A stretch of DNA of 64,000 nt, taken from Octopus vulgaris. Taxonomy: Eukaryota. Shown here piece by piece: positions 1-13,639 of the stretch; the stretch's first letter is position 1; each line of letters opens with the position of its first letter. Both the position numbers and the translations under genes were made by a program. The notes beneath the pieces are model-generated. The model made no database searches and was not told the origin of the DNA. It saw nothing but the letters and a program-made list of their open reading frames with translations. The stretch is taken from positions 75,454,001 through 75,518,000 of the forward strand of contig OX597815.1 of the NCBI GenBank assembly GCA_951406725.2, read 5' to 3'.

Positions 1-421
1 CTGATGGTTATTGTATGGAAAGTGTTCTGCGTAAGATGTGTGCAGTGCCTAGTAGTGCAATTTTCTGTATGTTATATGTGTTTGTAAGTCCTGGTGTTTT
101 TGTTATGTATTTGTTTGAATATTTTTTTATCATGCCTATTGTACCTACTATAATAGGAATTGTTTCTGTTTTTAGATTCCACATTCTGGTTACCACTATT
201 TCCAGGTCTTTGTATTTTGAAAGTTTCTCCATTTCTTTTAGAGACACGTTGTCATCTGCTGGTATTGATACATCAATTAGAAAGCATTTTTTTTTCATGA
301 TCTCTGACAACTATATCTGGTCTGTTGGCCTTAATTTCTCTATCTGTGTGTATCGGCATATCCCAGAGTATGGTTGCTTTCTCGTTTTCTGTGACCTTTT
401 CTGGTGTGTGCCTATACCATC

Positions 422-423
<2 letters not shown>
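1..423 (-). mobile_element. 3' fragment of an R4/Dong-type non-LTR retrotransposon (restriction-like endonuclease C-terminus)
   Basis: ORF 8..310 reads CFLIDVSIPADDNVSLKEMEKLSKYKDLEI...IPIIVGTIG...IQKIALLGTAHILRR, a typical REL endonuclease end; abuts (ATT)n. Confidence 0.85.

Positions 424-497
<74 letters not shown>
424..497. repeat. (ATT)n microsatellite between two retrotransposon copies
   Basis: Perfect trinucleotide run seen directly. Confidence 0.95.
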
Positions 498-498
<1 letters not shown>

Positions 499-3159
499 TC
501 AGCTTATTTTGCTTGGTATGATGGAAAGTGTCAGCTGTACACAACCAGCAGACTAAAGTGACACTTGTTTACTGGTCATGCTTCAAGAACATTGCGAAGA
601 ATTCTTGCAGTTCCAAGCAATGCTGGTTTTTGTAGGTGTTCTACCTTCACACTTGCACCGATCTTTTTCAGCCATGTTGGTAGTTAAGTGCTGGTACTTC
701 CATGTGCAGAAATTACTATTGACTTCACATCTACTCTCTCCATTGACCACGACCTTCATATTTCCCACTTTATTCATTACAACAATGTCCGGATTCCTAT
801 GTCTGGTCAGGTGATCGCACTGGATCATTACATCGCACAGGATTTTGCAGTTCTCATTTTCAATGACTTCTTCTGAGGTTTGTTCGTACCACGTCTTTGC
901 TCTTTGTAGGCCGTAATTTCCACAGAGCTCCCAACAGATCGTTCTTGTCACATTGCCTGGTGTCATTTGTATTCGTGTGTCAATTACGGGTATTCGCTAA
1001 CGATGTACCATACCGTTTCACCTCTTTCACCACGCATTCGGCATTTGTCGCTATCGGTAATGTTGTCAAGTCTGCACTTCATATAATTGGTCCTTAACGT
1101 TTGCTCCTGAGCTGCGCATATGAGTGCTTCTGGCTCTATTTTCAGGTCACTCTTCCTCATCCGTAGCCACCGGTCCTCTGTATCTGTCTTCGCATTCAGA
1201 TCTTTTGTAAACTGACCGTACATTTTTTCCTTCCATGCTTTTTCTTTTCTATTTATTTTTTTGTTCCTTTCTTGTTTAAATTTTTCTTTAGTTACGCAAT
1301 TTTCGGTTTTGATGACATCGGCTTTATTCGTATAGTTTAACAGTGGCTCCATGGAATTATTTATATGTCACTCTACTTCTGGACAAGTACAGCCCATCTG
1401 TGTCACTCTTAGAGTGGAAGGCTTTGTGTACTGTCAACATTTTTCTGGCCTTGGTATCCATTTTCTTCCTTTGTCTCTTTTGTCATTTTGTAATTTCCCG
1501 CCCCATACCGAAGTGATGCTGACGTCCACGTATTAACTGCTTGGATTTTATTCCATCCAGTCAATTTTGAGCACAGCACCAACCCCAGTCTTCGGAAATA
1601 CTTCTTCCTTAGTTTCTCTATCATTTCCTTTTCCATTATCTAGTTGTACTCTAGTACACCAAGGTATTTGTAGACTTCCGCTTCAATTTACTTAATCAAG
1701 TCTCTAAGGGACTGTATCTTGCCTCTTTTTAGGTAGATTACTCCGTATTTCTTCAGTCCAAATTCCATTCTAATATCAGTACTAAAACAGTGGACCGTGT
1801 TCACCAAGGAACTCACTTCTGTCTCATCTTTGTCATACAGTTTCAAATCATCCATGAAGAGGAGGTGGTTAATTGTCTGGGGTTTATACATTAGTTGGTA
1901 CCCCGGGTTCATTTTCCTGTGTACCAAGGCCAGGGGTATCATGCAGACAACGAAAAGCAATGGATATAAGCTACCACCTTAGAAAATCCTTCTTCTGATA
2001 CCCAGGATGCCCAAGCTTTTTTCCGTAAAATGTCAGTTCAGTTTTCCATTCCACCATACTTCTCTTCAGGAAATACGTTACAATCCTCGCAATTCCAAAC
2101 AGATCTAAGCACCCGATGATCCACGAATGTGGAATCACATCATAAGCTTTGCGATAGTCAATGCAGGCCATTCCCAGATTTCTTCGTTTCCAATCTTGCA
2201 TTACCATTTTGCCTATTAATAGTTGATCGTTAGTACTTCTGCATCTCTTTATACAGCTTTATTGTTCCGGCGGTAATATATCGTTCTCATCAAGAAATTT
2301 ATACAGTTCTTCTGCAATTCCTCCTGACAGTAATTTCCACATTACCGGGAGGCAGGATATTGGTCTGTAATTGTCAGCAATATTTCCCTTCAGGCACAAC
2401 ATCGTTCGTCCTTTTGTCAACCAGTTTGGGATTTCATCTTCTCCATCGATCCATGCATTAAATTGTTCTGCGATCAACTTATGGCAACTATTGAACCTTT
2501 TCATCCAAAATCCCTGTACATCAGCAGGTCCTACTGCTTTCCATTTGCTTATCTTTTTACTCATATTTTTGATACTGTCTTCTGTGAAGTGAATAGCCTC
2601 TTGCTGGGGATAAGAAGATGTCTGCTTCAGGCTGCAAAACCATTCAGCTTACTCCATATCTTAAACCAAAAAAGCACCAGGGACTAATCTTTTACGTTTT
2701 TTATCGTCATTTATCTCTTGATAAAATCTTTTTTTGACCAGTTCTAAACAATTTGTTTTGCTGGAATTGCTTAGTCCGTTGCTTTTTCTTTTTTTTGCAT
2801 GTATGCGCTGCCTCCGTTCTTCAATTACAACATCCAGGCTTTTTGTATCGACACCATAATTTTTTCCTTACTTTTTCGAATTTCTATTCATTCTTAAGTT
2901 CCCCATTTCTTTTCCTGACAAGTACTGACACTACACTGTTCCACCACGGTTGTTTATTTCCTCTCGCTGTTCTATTCTCAGTAGTTCTCAACACCACCCT
3001 TTCCGCCACAATCCTACTATTTCAATGTGTCTCAGGACAATATTGACTTTATTCATCGCTTGATTTAGTCTCCATTGGTTAGCCTTCTTAAAGTTACACA
3101 TAAATCCTGTCCCTTTTGTATTTAATAGATCCATAATTCTGTCTATTATTAATTGTTCT

Positions 3160-3160
<1 letters not shown>
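498..3160 (-). mobile_element. Decayed 5'-truncated R4/Dong-type retrotransposon, family A (RT, CCHC, REL)
   Basis: Frameshifted pieces include NYRPISCLPVMWKLLSG, IDYRKAYDVIPHSW, HLLFMDDLKLY, ALICAAQEQTLRTN..CRM and RHRNPDIVV. Flanked by (ATT)n on both sides; homologous to 38.9-41.6 kb. Confidence 0.92.
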
Positions 3161-3241
<81 letters not shown>

Positions 3242-3242
<1 letters not shown>

Positions 3243-3390
3243 TCAAATTTTTGCCACAAGGCTAGCTTGGGCAAGGTGGGGATGAACCGATTACATCAAC
3301 CCCAGTGCGCAACTGGTACTTATTTAATCAACCCCTGAAAGGATGAAAGACAGAGTCGACCTCGGTGGTATTTGAACTCAGAGCATAAAG
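3242..3390 (-). mobile_element. tRNA-derived SINE, partial
   Basis: Reverse complement of the recurrent core gtcgactttgcctttcatcctttcggggtcgataaaataagtaccagtt seen more than 10 times in the window. Confidence 0.75.
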
Positions 3391-3972
3391 GGTGAGAAAA
3401 AATATCGAAATTTATCATTCATTTTCTTTCTTTACCGTCACTTTGACGATTCTCCAAAAGTCACCAAATGTTACTTTTACAATAGTTGCGCTACTTTAGG
3501 TTTTACTCGAAAGTCAATTGTTATAAGAGCAGTAAATAATGAAAATGTTGACACATTGCCTAATTTTTCATTTTGAGTCCAGCCACTTAAAAGTATTAGG
3601 CCTTCTTCAAAGTTTTGTTGGTTTTGATAAGAAATGTAAAGCTATTAATACTTCTAGTCGATTTTATTCTTAAAATGTTAGACTGTATACATATTTTTTT
3701 TATTATTCTGTAAATGTTAAGTAATTTCTCTTCATAACATCTCCGAATTTCAGCAGCAGCAAATTTCCCCCAAAATAACTAAAATGATACATCATTGACA
3801 AATTGTTAATCAACTTATACCTTTGAATGCCTGTATTCCTTACCTTTAATCTTCCCTATAACGAATATAATCTCAAATGTTTTATCATGATGGCCTTAAA
3901 ACCCTTTTGTTGTATATATCGGAAGAGTAATTATGTCAATGATAAACACACGCACTGGTTCTATTTCATTTC

Positions 3973-3975
<3 letters not shown>

Positions 3976-4041
<66 letters not shown>

Positions 4042-4085
4042 CATTATTATTATTATTATTATCATTATTATTATTATTATTATTT

Positions 4086-4152
<67 letters not shown>
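3976..4152. repeat. Compound (ATT)n(AGT)n microsatellite
   Basis: Seen directly; explains the poly-I/L/S/V ORFs. Confidence 0.95.
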
Positions 4153-4153
<1 letters not shown>

Positions 4154-4716
4154 CTATTAGTTAGCCATTTAACCAATTAACTAATCGATTGTTTGATTAA
4201 TAATTTCGATCAATCAATTAGATTCGTCAAAGCCTTCTCTGCTCCAGGTCTGCTTTAGTTCGGATAATTGCTTAAAAGGCTAACCAATTTACTAATTATA
4301 ATATAAGTGAAATAGGATCAGTGCATGTGTTTATCATGTTCAAACATCCTCCCGAGATACTACTAGATGTTTGAACAAGAGTTCACATCAAGAATCTTGC
4401 AAACCAAATACAAAAAGAAACTTAAAATGGGATTATCACCAGATGGCACTTCAACATGATGATCGATTTTTAACATTTGAAACTAATGGAAGTTTATATT
4501 AATTTTGTAAAATGCCTTTTGGTGTTGCAAAACCTGAGTTGCGAATTCTATAATATTACCAGAGGAAAGTGTTAGCAATTAATGACCAATGGGTCTAAAT
4601 TGAATCTACAACTTAGAGATCTTTTATATCGAAACTACGTTCTGTTAATATTTTAATTATGTGACAACAAACCAACATGACCAAACCCACAATGGTTAGA
4701 ACCAACAAAAAACAAA

Positions 4717-4930
4717 TCTTTTACTTGTTTCAATCATTGAACTGCGGCTAAGCTGGAGTACTGTCTTGAAGAGTTTTCGTCGAATAAATCGATCCCAATA
4801 TTTATTTCTAAGTCTAGTACTTATTATGTCGGTCACTTTTTCCGAACCGCTATATTATGGGGTCGTAAAATAAAAAAAACCGGTTGTCAAGCAGTATGGG
4901 GTGACAAACACAGACACAAAGATACGCAAA
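4717..4930 (-). mobile_element. SINE-like interspersed repeat (second family)
   Basis: The ttttacttgtttc...gaaccgcta..ttatggggtcgtaaa...ggttgtcaagc pattern has a related degraded copy near 30.6-30.76 kb. Confidence 0.55.
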
Positions 4931-7135
4931 GACACACACATATATATACATACATGCATACATACATATATACATACACAATTGAAGACAGATTCTTATT
5001 GTTTGCAATGCTACTGCAAGTTTTCTATGCTTGCTATTTCTTACTTTGGCCCAAGGAGACACATTAAAGGGAATAAAATTTGAAATTAAACTCACATGGT
5101 TTTGATCTCTACGAAACATTGAACGTTACCGCTAAATAACAACACATGTTACTGATTCTGCCATCCACTACCCTTTGTCAGCTTAAATATTAAAGCTGAT
5201 CATAGAAAACAGCATGTTTTCTGTTAAAATATATTGTACTGTAGGAAAATAAGAAACTGGAATGCAAACAATCAAAATAACCCCAAAACAATAAAAGCAG
5301 TAATAAGCCTAATATTAAATATATGCATATACATCACAGAAATTTCTACAATCAAAAGAAATTGTTTTACTCTACGCAATCAGCCATTACAGTTTTTTTG
5401 TCACGTGATTAAAGATGGTCTTGATTTAGCGCGTATTTGCACGAGCCTCTTATTCATTCATTTATCATTTACTATATAAGTATACATTTTTATATTTTAT
5501 TTAGCAATATAAAATAGAATCGCGTACGAGAAACAAAAATACAAGATTATTATTATTTTTTTCCTAGTGAAAACAACAATTCTTTTATATAATAGTAATG
5601 ATTTAAAGTATCTATTGTTCAAATACTTTTTTTTAATGCTCCTTTAACGTTATATTTTCTAAATTGTCTTTATTTTTCTCTGCGTGTTGGCTTTATTCTC
5701 TGCGTGTTAGCTTTATTTGCTGCGTGATAGATTTACTGTACGGCAGCTATATTTATTTGTTTATTTATTCCAAAATCTTTGATGCCTTTTTACCAACTGA
5801 ATCTATCCCCTTTCACAACAACTGAATTGATTTGTGTTTTGTTTAATATTTCCGTTCTTTAAAAAAAAAAGTTTCAATTATTTCACTCGTACGTATGCAT
5901 TTATTTTCATGTTTGAAATTGTTTCCAAACATGTAGATTCTATTTTCTCATATTAAAACAGTTTCCACAAATCTTTTTATTTCTTTTATTTCGTTCTTTT
6001 CTTGTTTTTGTTTTTATATCAAAATACGTTACATTTTATTCTATATCTTCATTAAATATAGCTAAAATATGCATCAATTTCGTGATAATAGTCATGATTA
6101 TGATGATGATGAGAAGGAAGAGAAGAAAAGTAGGGGGGAAGGAGACGAAGAGGAGGAGGACGATGGCGATGACAGTGATGATAATAATAATGATGATGGT
6201 GATGATGATGAAGATGATGAAGATGATGATGATGAAGATGATGAAGATGATGATGATGAAGATGATGATAATGATGAGGAGGAGAATCATCATGAACCTA
6301 TTCTTCTTTTTCTTCTTCTTCTTCTCCCCCTCCTCCTCCACCGAGTTAAAAAGTCGGATTAAATAAATATCTTACATTATTAAGTTTTATGCCCTACAAT
6401 TCGAAATCCAAACCAGAAATAACTTTGTTTTCTTGCCTCTACAAGATCAAGGAATACACTTATGCTAATTCTCACACTTAATTTCATCCTTAGGAAGCGA
6501 CTGTACCCGGGTTACACTCGATTACGGTGCTTTGACGAGTATTTATTTTATCGACCACAGAATGATGAAAGACAAAGTAGACAATTGCGGAATTTAAACA
6601 CAAAACATGAAGAGATGCGACTAAATACCAGACGGTATTTTATCCGATGCTCTATTGATCATGTGATTTGGTGTACTATAAAAACATCGTCTACAATTTC
6701 CGTTGTTTTTTTGTATATGTTAAAAATCAGCATTGTTAAATTCATTCAGATATGAAGATAGAGACTTTGAAAGGAGTGGCAGGTCAAAGTGTCCAGACAG
6801 TGTATTTCTCCATAGAAATCTGCTACACAAGCGAATTGAAACAGAGCATCAAGCAGTTTCTTCATATACCGCACAAACATGCATGTCTGCACAAATATCG
6901 TAGAGAGAGAGAGAGAGAGAGAGAGATGCAGCACGGAATTTTGTCAGTGAACAGGTCGCGGTCTCAAAGCAACGAAAATATTTTGACAAATTAAATTTAA
7001 ATGTTGAAGTGAATCTAACGGTTTTTGTGTTTCTTAAATGGCTTATAAACATCTTCCACGCTGCAATTGATTTCGTTCCAGCACACGATCTCAGATCAGG
7101 TCACTTGCTATGCAAGTACATCTCCGGAACACACA

Positions 7136-7187
<52 letters not shown>

Positions 7188-8269
7188 CATAATATATTTT
7201 TTAAACCATAAAAAGTGAGGCGGGACGAAAGATGAATTTATATATGAACATATGTGTGTGTGTGCGCGTATGTATGTATGTATGTATGTATGTATGTATG
7301 TGTGTATGCATGTGTGTGTGTATGTATGCATGTATGTATGAATGTATGTATGTAATACGTACCTATGTATGTATGTGCATGTATGTGTGAAAGTGAATGT
7401 GTGTATGTATTCATGTACGTCTGCACATACATATGTATAATGAATATGCAAATGTTGATAAGAACGATTAAACAGCTCCCAATAACGCAATGCTATATAC
7501 TTCATATACAATGTGATGATCGGAAACGTGAAATTCAAATAAGTACCTGTGAGGTGCCAGCTGCTACCCTTGTGTGTGTTTGTGTGCGTGTGTGTGTGCA
7601 TGCATGTTTGTGTGCATGCTCGCGTGTGTATATGTACATGTGTGTGTATGTGTGTGTGTGTGTGTATGTGTGTGTAAATTTCTGTTATAACGAATTCGTT
7701 ATAACGGAAAATTCGTTATAACGAGATCACTCAAAACAAAATCGAGTATTCTTTATGTTATTAAGTTATAAATCCTCGTTTAAAAATGAACAAGAATATA
7801 TGAATAAAAATCATACATGGACATAACTGAAATATGAGTGTGTACAGTGTGTATGTCATGTATGCATCTATATATGTACATATATAGATACATACATACA
7901 AAAATACATAATACCTACACACATACATACAAAGATTCATACATATATAAAACATAGAAACATGCACGTATACGTACATACATAATACATACATACATAC
8001 ATACATACATAGATACATACATAATACATACATACCTACACACATACCCTGTTGTTGATGCTGAAATTCCAATGAAGGAGCCTTGGATCTAGGTTAGAAA
8101 TAAAACTGAATAATGACATACATACATATGTATAGAGTCAATAGAATAGATCCAGAGATGCTCAATATAGAAAATGTGTTGTAGTGCTCAAATGATTTGA
8201 ACTTACACTCAGAAATCTTTACCGAGTGTTGTGTATGTATGTATGTATGTATGTATGTATGTATGTATG

Positions 8270-8301
<32 letters not shown>

Positions 8302-8824
8302 ATAGCCGACAAATTGAATGATTTCTCCAGTTACATATTATAGAGAGAGAAAAAAAGAGAGATGAGTAAAAGAGAGATGCATGGCGATTTCATTATGAAG
8401 TGCAGGGTGAATGCTCATACTAGGCTTGCTGTCAAGTAATGAATGAAGGAATACTATACAAACACGCACACCCATTGAGAGATGAAGACCCATAGAAACA
8501 GAGAAGTGGGAGAAGGAGTAAATGACACATTATTTAATGAGAAGAGTTATAGAAATGAGAAAAAAGTATAAACTATATCAGTGATTGGCACATTCACGTT
8601 CGAATATGCTGGAACATATTCAGAATGAACATGTACGGCATTGTTGTATTTTATTTTGTTATAATAAATATTCTCATTTCGAAAATTAGCATTCATTTCA
8701 CTATTTGTATAAGCACGAAGAAATTTGATAAAAGTTAAATTATTGTAATTGTGTGTATACCATATTTTCTGATATTACACATGGTAGCAACATTATACTT
8801 CCAAATTTAAGCGTCATATGATGA

Positions 8825-8920
<96 letters not shown>

Positions 8921-9286
8921 GGTTATAAAATGAGATAGGGGTTGAAAAATTCAACCCACCATGGGATAACATATATCCAATATACTGCTAGATAGGTACC
9001 CAACAAGACTAATACATAGATGTTAAAAATTGCCAAGCAATTAGTTCATCTATTGTATTATATGGGCAAAGGTAATAATATTACCGTAAATTAATACTAC
9101 AAAATTAGAAAATGGAGAAACATACTTAAATCAATAAAGACATCAGCTATCAGATGATACCCAGTCAATACTTTATTACACCATTACATATCAGTAAAGG
9201 CATTATACAAAATATAAAGTAAATATAAATAGACAAGGAAATAGAAATATAAAATATAAAATATAATATGTAATTATTATATCATA

Positions 9287-9396
9287 TCTGACAGCTGTTT
9301 CGGCAGTAAGGGCAGTCATAACTCATTTAACCTATAAGCCATAAAGGCAGGTATAAATGAGGCATTAACAAGGATGCCCCACGGCCTCTTCAGAGA
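9287..9396 (-). ncRNA. Type I minimal hammerhead ribozyme (left-arm copy)
   Basis: Minus strand reads tct-CTGAAGA-ggc...gcc-GAAAC-agct-GTC-aga. Confidence 0.75.
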
Positions 9397-10403
9397 ATTT
9401 AATTTGTTATAATTGTTAAAAAAATTAAAACAATTATTTTTCCATATACATATAAATATAAAAATATAAGAATGTAAAATATAGAAACTTGTGCATAAAC
9501 TCCATAATGCTACACATATATAATACTCATTGATACAATAATGCAAGGTAAACAAAACAAAATAAAACAAAATATATATCAGTGTATATATTAATATTAA
9601 TAAGTACAGTTATTTTACATATTTAGCTAATAGTTCTAAAAACTAACACATAGGGAGTTGTATGCGCACTACTATTTAAATTAAAATCATCCCTATACCT
9701 GAAAATAATAATAATAAAAAAAAACCATAGTTCAGTTCATAAAATTATAAACCTATAAAAGTCAATATAAGTTACTATTAATATTAATAAAAATAATAAT
9801 AGATACAGTTAAGTTAGCACCAAGTACATCCATTCAAAATCGAAATAACTATGAGTTTAGTTTTTCTGCCCGCTTGATATTGATTATTCTAGATTACGCC
9901 AATCGAAGTAATCTAGAATAATCAATATCAAGCGGACAGAAAAACTAAACTCATAGTTATTTCGATTTTGAATGGATTTACTTGGTGCTAACTTAACTGT
10001 ATCTATTATTATTTTTATTAATATTAATAGTAACTTATATTGACTTTTATAGGTTTATAATTTTATGAACTGAACTATGTTTTTATTTTTATTATTTTCA
10101 GGTATAGGGATGATTTTAATTTAAATAGTAGTGCGCATACATCTCCCTATGTGTTAGTTTTTAGAACTATTAGCTAAATGTGTAAAATAACTGTACTTAT
10201 TAATATTAATATATACACTGATATATATTTTGTTTTATTTTGTTTTGTTTACCTTGCATTATTGTATCAATGAGTATTATATATGTGTAGCATTATGGAG
10301 TTTATGCACAAGTTTTTATATTTTACATTCTTATATTTTTATATTTATATGTATATGGAAAAATAATTGTTTTAAATTTTTTAACAATTATAACAAATTA
10401 AAT

Positions 10404-10513
10404 TCTCTGAAGAGGCCGTGGGGTATCCTTGTTAATGCCTCATTTATACCTGCCTTTATGGCTTATAGGTCAAATGAGGTATGACTGCCCTTACTGCCGA
10501 AACAGCTGTCAGA
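10404..10513 (+). ncRNA. Type I minimal hammerhead ribozyme (right-arm copy)
   Basis: CTGAAGA at 10407-10413; long stem II (ggccgtgggg/ccttactgcc and cctcattt/aaatgagg); GAAAC at 10499-10503; palindromic stem III acagctgt; GTC at 10508-10510; 3 bp stem I tct/aga. Confidence 0.78.
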
Positions 10514-10700
10514 TATGATATAATTACATATTATATTTTATATTTTATATTTCTATTTCCTTGTCTATTTATATTTACTTTATATTTTGTATAATGCCTT
10601 TACTGATATGTAATGGTGTAATAAAGTATTGATTGGGTATCATCTGATAGCTGATGTTTTTATTGATTTAAGTATGTTTCTCCATTTTCTAATTTTGTAG

Positions 10701-10751
<51 letters not shown>

Positions 10752-11668
10752 GTATGTATGTATGTATGTAATCGCCTATCAGCATCAGCATCCTCATTTA
10801 ACGTCCATGTTCAATGTTGTCATGGATTGGACGGTTATGAGTGTTTTGGTTGGTTGACATGTGTACAACGAGGATAGGGATCGGAGTTTTTTGTTGTAGC
10901 AGGAAATTTTGTCTACTGAGGGCTTAATTACAATATCTACTTTAGCTCTGTTTTTACGGATGGATGCCATTCCTAATGCCAACCACATTTTTGTGCCACC
11001 TGCACTATTGAGGCGTCCATGCAGCTTGCAGCCTGCAAGCCCTGGGGGAAGTGGTGGGTCACTTTCATGCAGGGGGTTGTCCAGATACGTTTTCCTCCCA
11101 TTTTCTTTCAGAACAAAACCTTTCATTGAAAAATTTAAAAAAAACAACTTTTATGCTTGATATTTTTTTAAAGTTGTGTATACGTAATATATGTGTGCAT
11201 ATTTCACATGTATGAGTATTTATTTTGACATAATGTGTATGTTTCAGGTATTTAAAAATATTCTTTTCATATATTTTGTTCCATTTTGAAATTCGTCGTA
11301 TTAACATAGTTTTAAGGAATAAGAGACACTAATCTGAAAAACACTTTTATTTGAATTATAAGAATAATCATTTAATGAAACAAATCAAGACTCCGCTCTC
11401 AAAAAGTATTAATAATCAGTAATATTTGGATCGAGCAGATTTAACATGTTGACTTAACAAATCTTCAATTCTAGTCACAAATAGAAAAATGGTATCTGAT
11501 ATTTCAGAACAAGAATATGCTTCCGATAGTGTTATCTTTTGCGGAACAGAAACATCACTTTCCATTTTTTTTTTCTCATTCTTTTCTAATTTCATAACAC
11601 AACCGGCTCACAGTCATTTATTTCATGTGACAATAACAACCCATCATTGATAATGAAGAAGGAACATT

Positions 11669-11885
11669 AGGACGGCGAACTAGCAGAGTCGTTAGCACGC
11701 CGGACAAAATGCTTAGTGGCATTTCGTCCGTCTTTACGTTGTGAGTTCAAATTACGCAGAGGTCGACTTTGCTTTTCATCCTTTTTGGGTCGGTAAAATA
11801 AGTACCAGTTGAGTGCTGAGTCGATGTAATCGACTTATCCACTTACCTCAAATCTGTTGGCCTTTGTGTCAAAATTTGAAATCAA
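11669..11885 (+). mobile_element. tRNA-derived SINE, near full length
   Basis: A-box-like tagcagagtcgtt, B-box-like gagttcaaatt, and the central core gtcgactttgcttttcatcc...aataagtaccagtt. Confidence 0.8.
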
Positions 11886-12556
11886 TGTAAATGGAACATT
11901 AGAAAATAAAAATAACAAAGATAATTGAAATTTTACCTTAGATGTAGTGTGAGTAATTAGTCCTGGTGTTATGGTTTAAGAAAGAGAGAGAGAGAGCGAG
12001 CGAAAGAGAGTGAGAGAGAGAGAGAGGGAGAGAGACAGAAATTTGTAAATAACGAGTTCATTTTCCTTGCGTGTTCATATCTGAATGAAGTACGAGTGCT
12101 CTTATAAATACCACCTGGGGTATATGCGGTAGTACGCTTGGGTAGTACCGGTTATGAGTGTTTTAGTTGGTTGACATGTGTACAACGAGGATAGAGGATC
12201 GGAGTTTTTTGGTTTTAGCAAGAAATTTTATCTACTGAGGGCTTAATTTTCTTTCGGTGAACTGAAATATTCGCTGTAACGATTTCTCTTGTCGTTCTTT
12301 TGATGGGTTTATGGCCGAGGATTGAGAAAAATTTCGTTATGCCAAAATGTTCATTATAAGAAAATATTCCCTGTTTATGTGCGTGTATATAGACATGTGT
12401 GTGTTGGGGGCGGGAAGGGGGGGGTAAGTGAGTCTAAATTGTCATTCAAAGTAATTCAAAGAATAACAAGAGCACACTTACTGATGAAGAGATTCAATAC
12501 CGAAATGTCGATCGAATAAACAGTTTAGCGAAAATTAAACTTCCAGTTAAAATGAA

Positions 12557-12633
<77 letters not shown>

Positions 12634-12634
12634 C

Positions 12635-12678
<44 letters not shown>

Positions 12679-13231
12679 ATGGACTGGATGATTGAATGGA
12701 AGGATAGATGGAGGGATGGATGGATGGAGGAATGGGTGTATTCATGATGAATATATGTATGTATGTGTGATTGGATGGATTAAGGGATGGATGTTTAAAT
12801 AATGCGTGCTTTTATGTAAGTGCGTGTACGTGTGCACGCACGCGCAGTCTTTGACTATAAGCATCTTAAAGTTTCTAGTTTCTTCTTGCACAATAATAAA
12901 CTTAAATCTGTTTGACAAATGTCATTGTTTCTTAGGGGAGTAATTGTTAATTTTTTCTTATTTTTCTTTTATCAAAACAAATAAATAATCGTGTTTACTT
13001 ATGTTTACTTGATTATGTTTCAAATTTGTTTTGTATTCACAATTTCATTTAAATAATTTATATATCGTCTCCGTTTTGTGTTTCTTTCACTAAGATGGCC
13101 GTATAAAAATTCGCTTTCCTGTATTTTTGTCATATTTTCTTGCCACTTAAACTTAATTATTTACAATTTGCCAACCAGATATTTTTATTATTATTTATAT
13201 TACCATCATTATTGTTAGAAGGATATAGCAT

Positions 13232-13232
<1 letters not shown>

Positions 13233-13300
<68 letters not shown>

Positions 13301-13625
13301 AGCAGGCAGCAGCAGCAGCAGCAGCAGCGGCAGCGGCAGCGGCGGCAGCGGCGGCAGCGGCGGCAGCGGCGGCAGCGGCGGCAGCGGCGGCAGCGGCGGC
13401 AGCGGCGGCAGCGGCAGCGGCGGCAGCGGCGGCAGCGGCGGCAGCGGCGGCAGCGGCGGCAGCGGCGGTAGCGGCGGCAGCGGCGGTAGCGGCGGTAGCG
13501 GCGGCAGCGGCGGTAGCGGCGGCAGCGGCGGCAGCGGCGGCAGCGGCGGCAGCGGCGGCAGCGGCGGCAGCGGTAGCAGCGGCAGCAGCAGCAGCTGCGG
13601 CTCTAATAGTAGTAGCTGCAGTAGT
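13233..13625. repeat. (AGT)n grading into a GC-rich (GGCAGCGGC)n minisatellite
   Basis: Seen directly; produces the poly-S/GGS ORF 13140..13706. Confidence 0.9.
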
Positions 13626-13639
13626 TCTGTGAAGATGTT

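Larger units (their letters stand above)
8921..10705. mobile_element. Penelope-like inverted pseudo-LTR (foldback) insertion in (TA)n
   Basis: Near-identical inverted arms 9092-9897 and 9908-10705 with a 10 bp spacer gccaatcgaa. The left copy extends to 8921. Each arm carries a minimal hammerhead and both ends abut (TA)n. Confidence 0.75.

Noticed and set aside
6036-6366. Acidic poly-D/E and poly-M ORFs
   Set aside because: Degenerate (GAT/GAA)n microsatellite open in several frames; no domain or splice evidence.
8062-8100. ccaatgaaggagcc...ggttagaaa, with a related reverse copy near 32400-32440
   Set aside because: Probably a repeat fragment; no CUGANGA core or stem III visible.
9316-10484. 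Two near-identical 84 aa ORFs on opposite strands
   Set aside because: A by-product of the palindrome; low-complexity AT-rich translation overlapping the ribozyme.
12481-12510. CTGATGA...GAAAtGTC hammerhead-like string
   Set aside because: Core words are present, but stem II (agag/tacc) and stem I do not pair.
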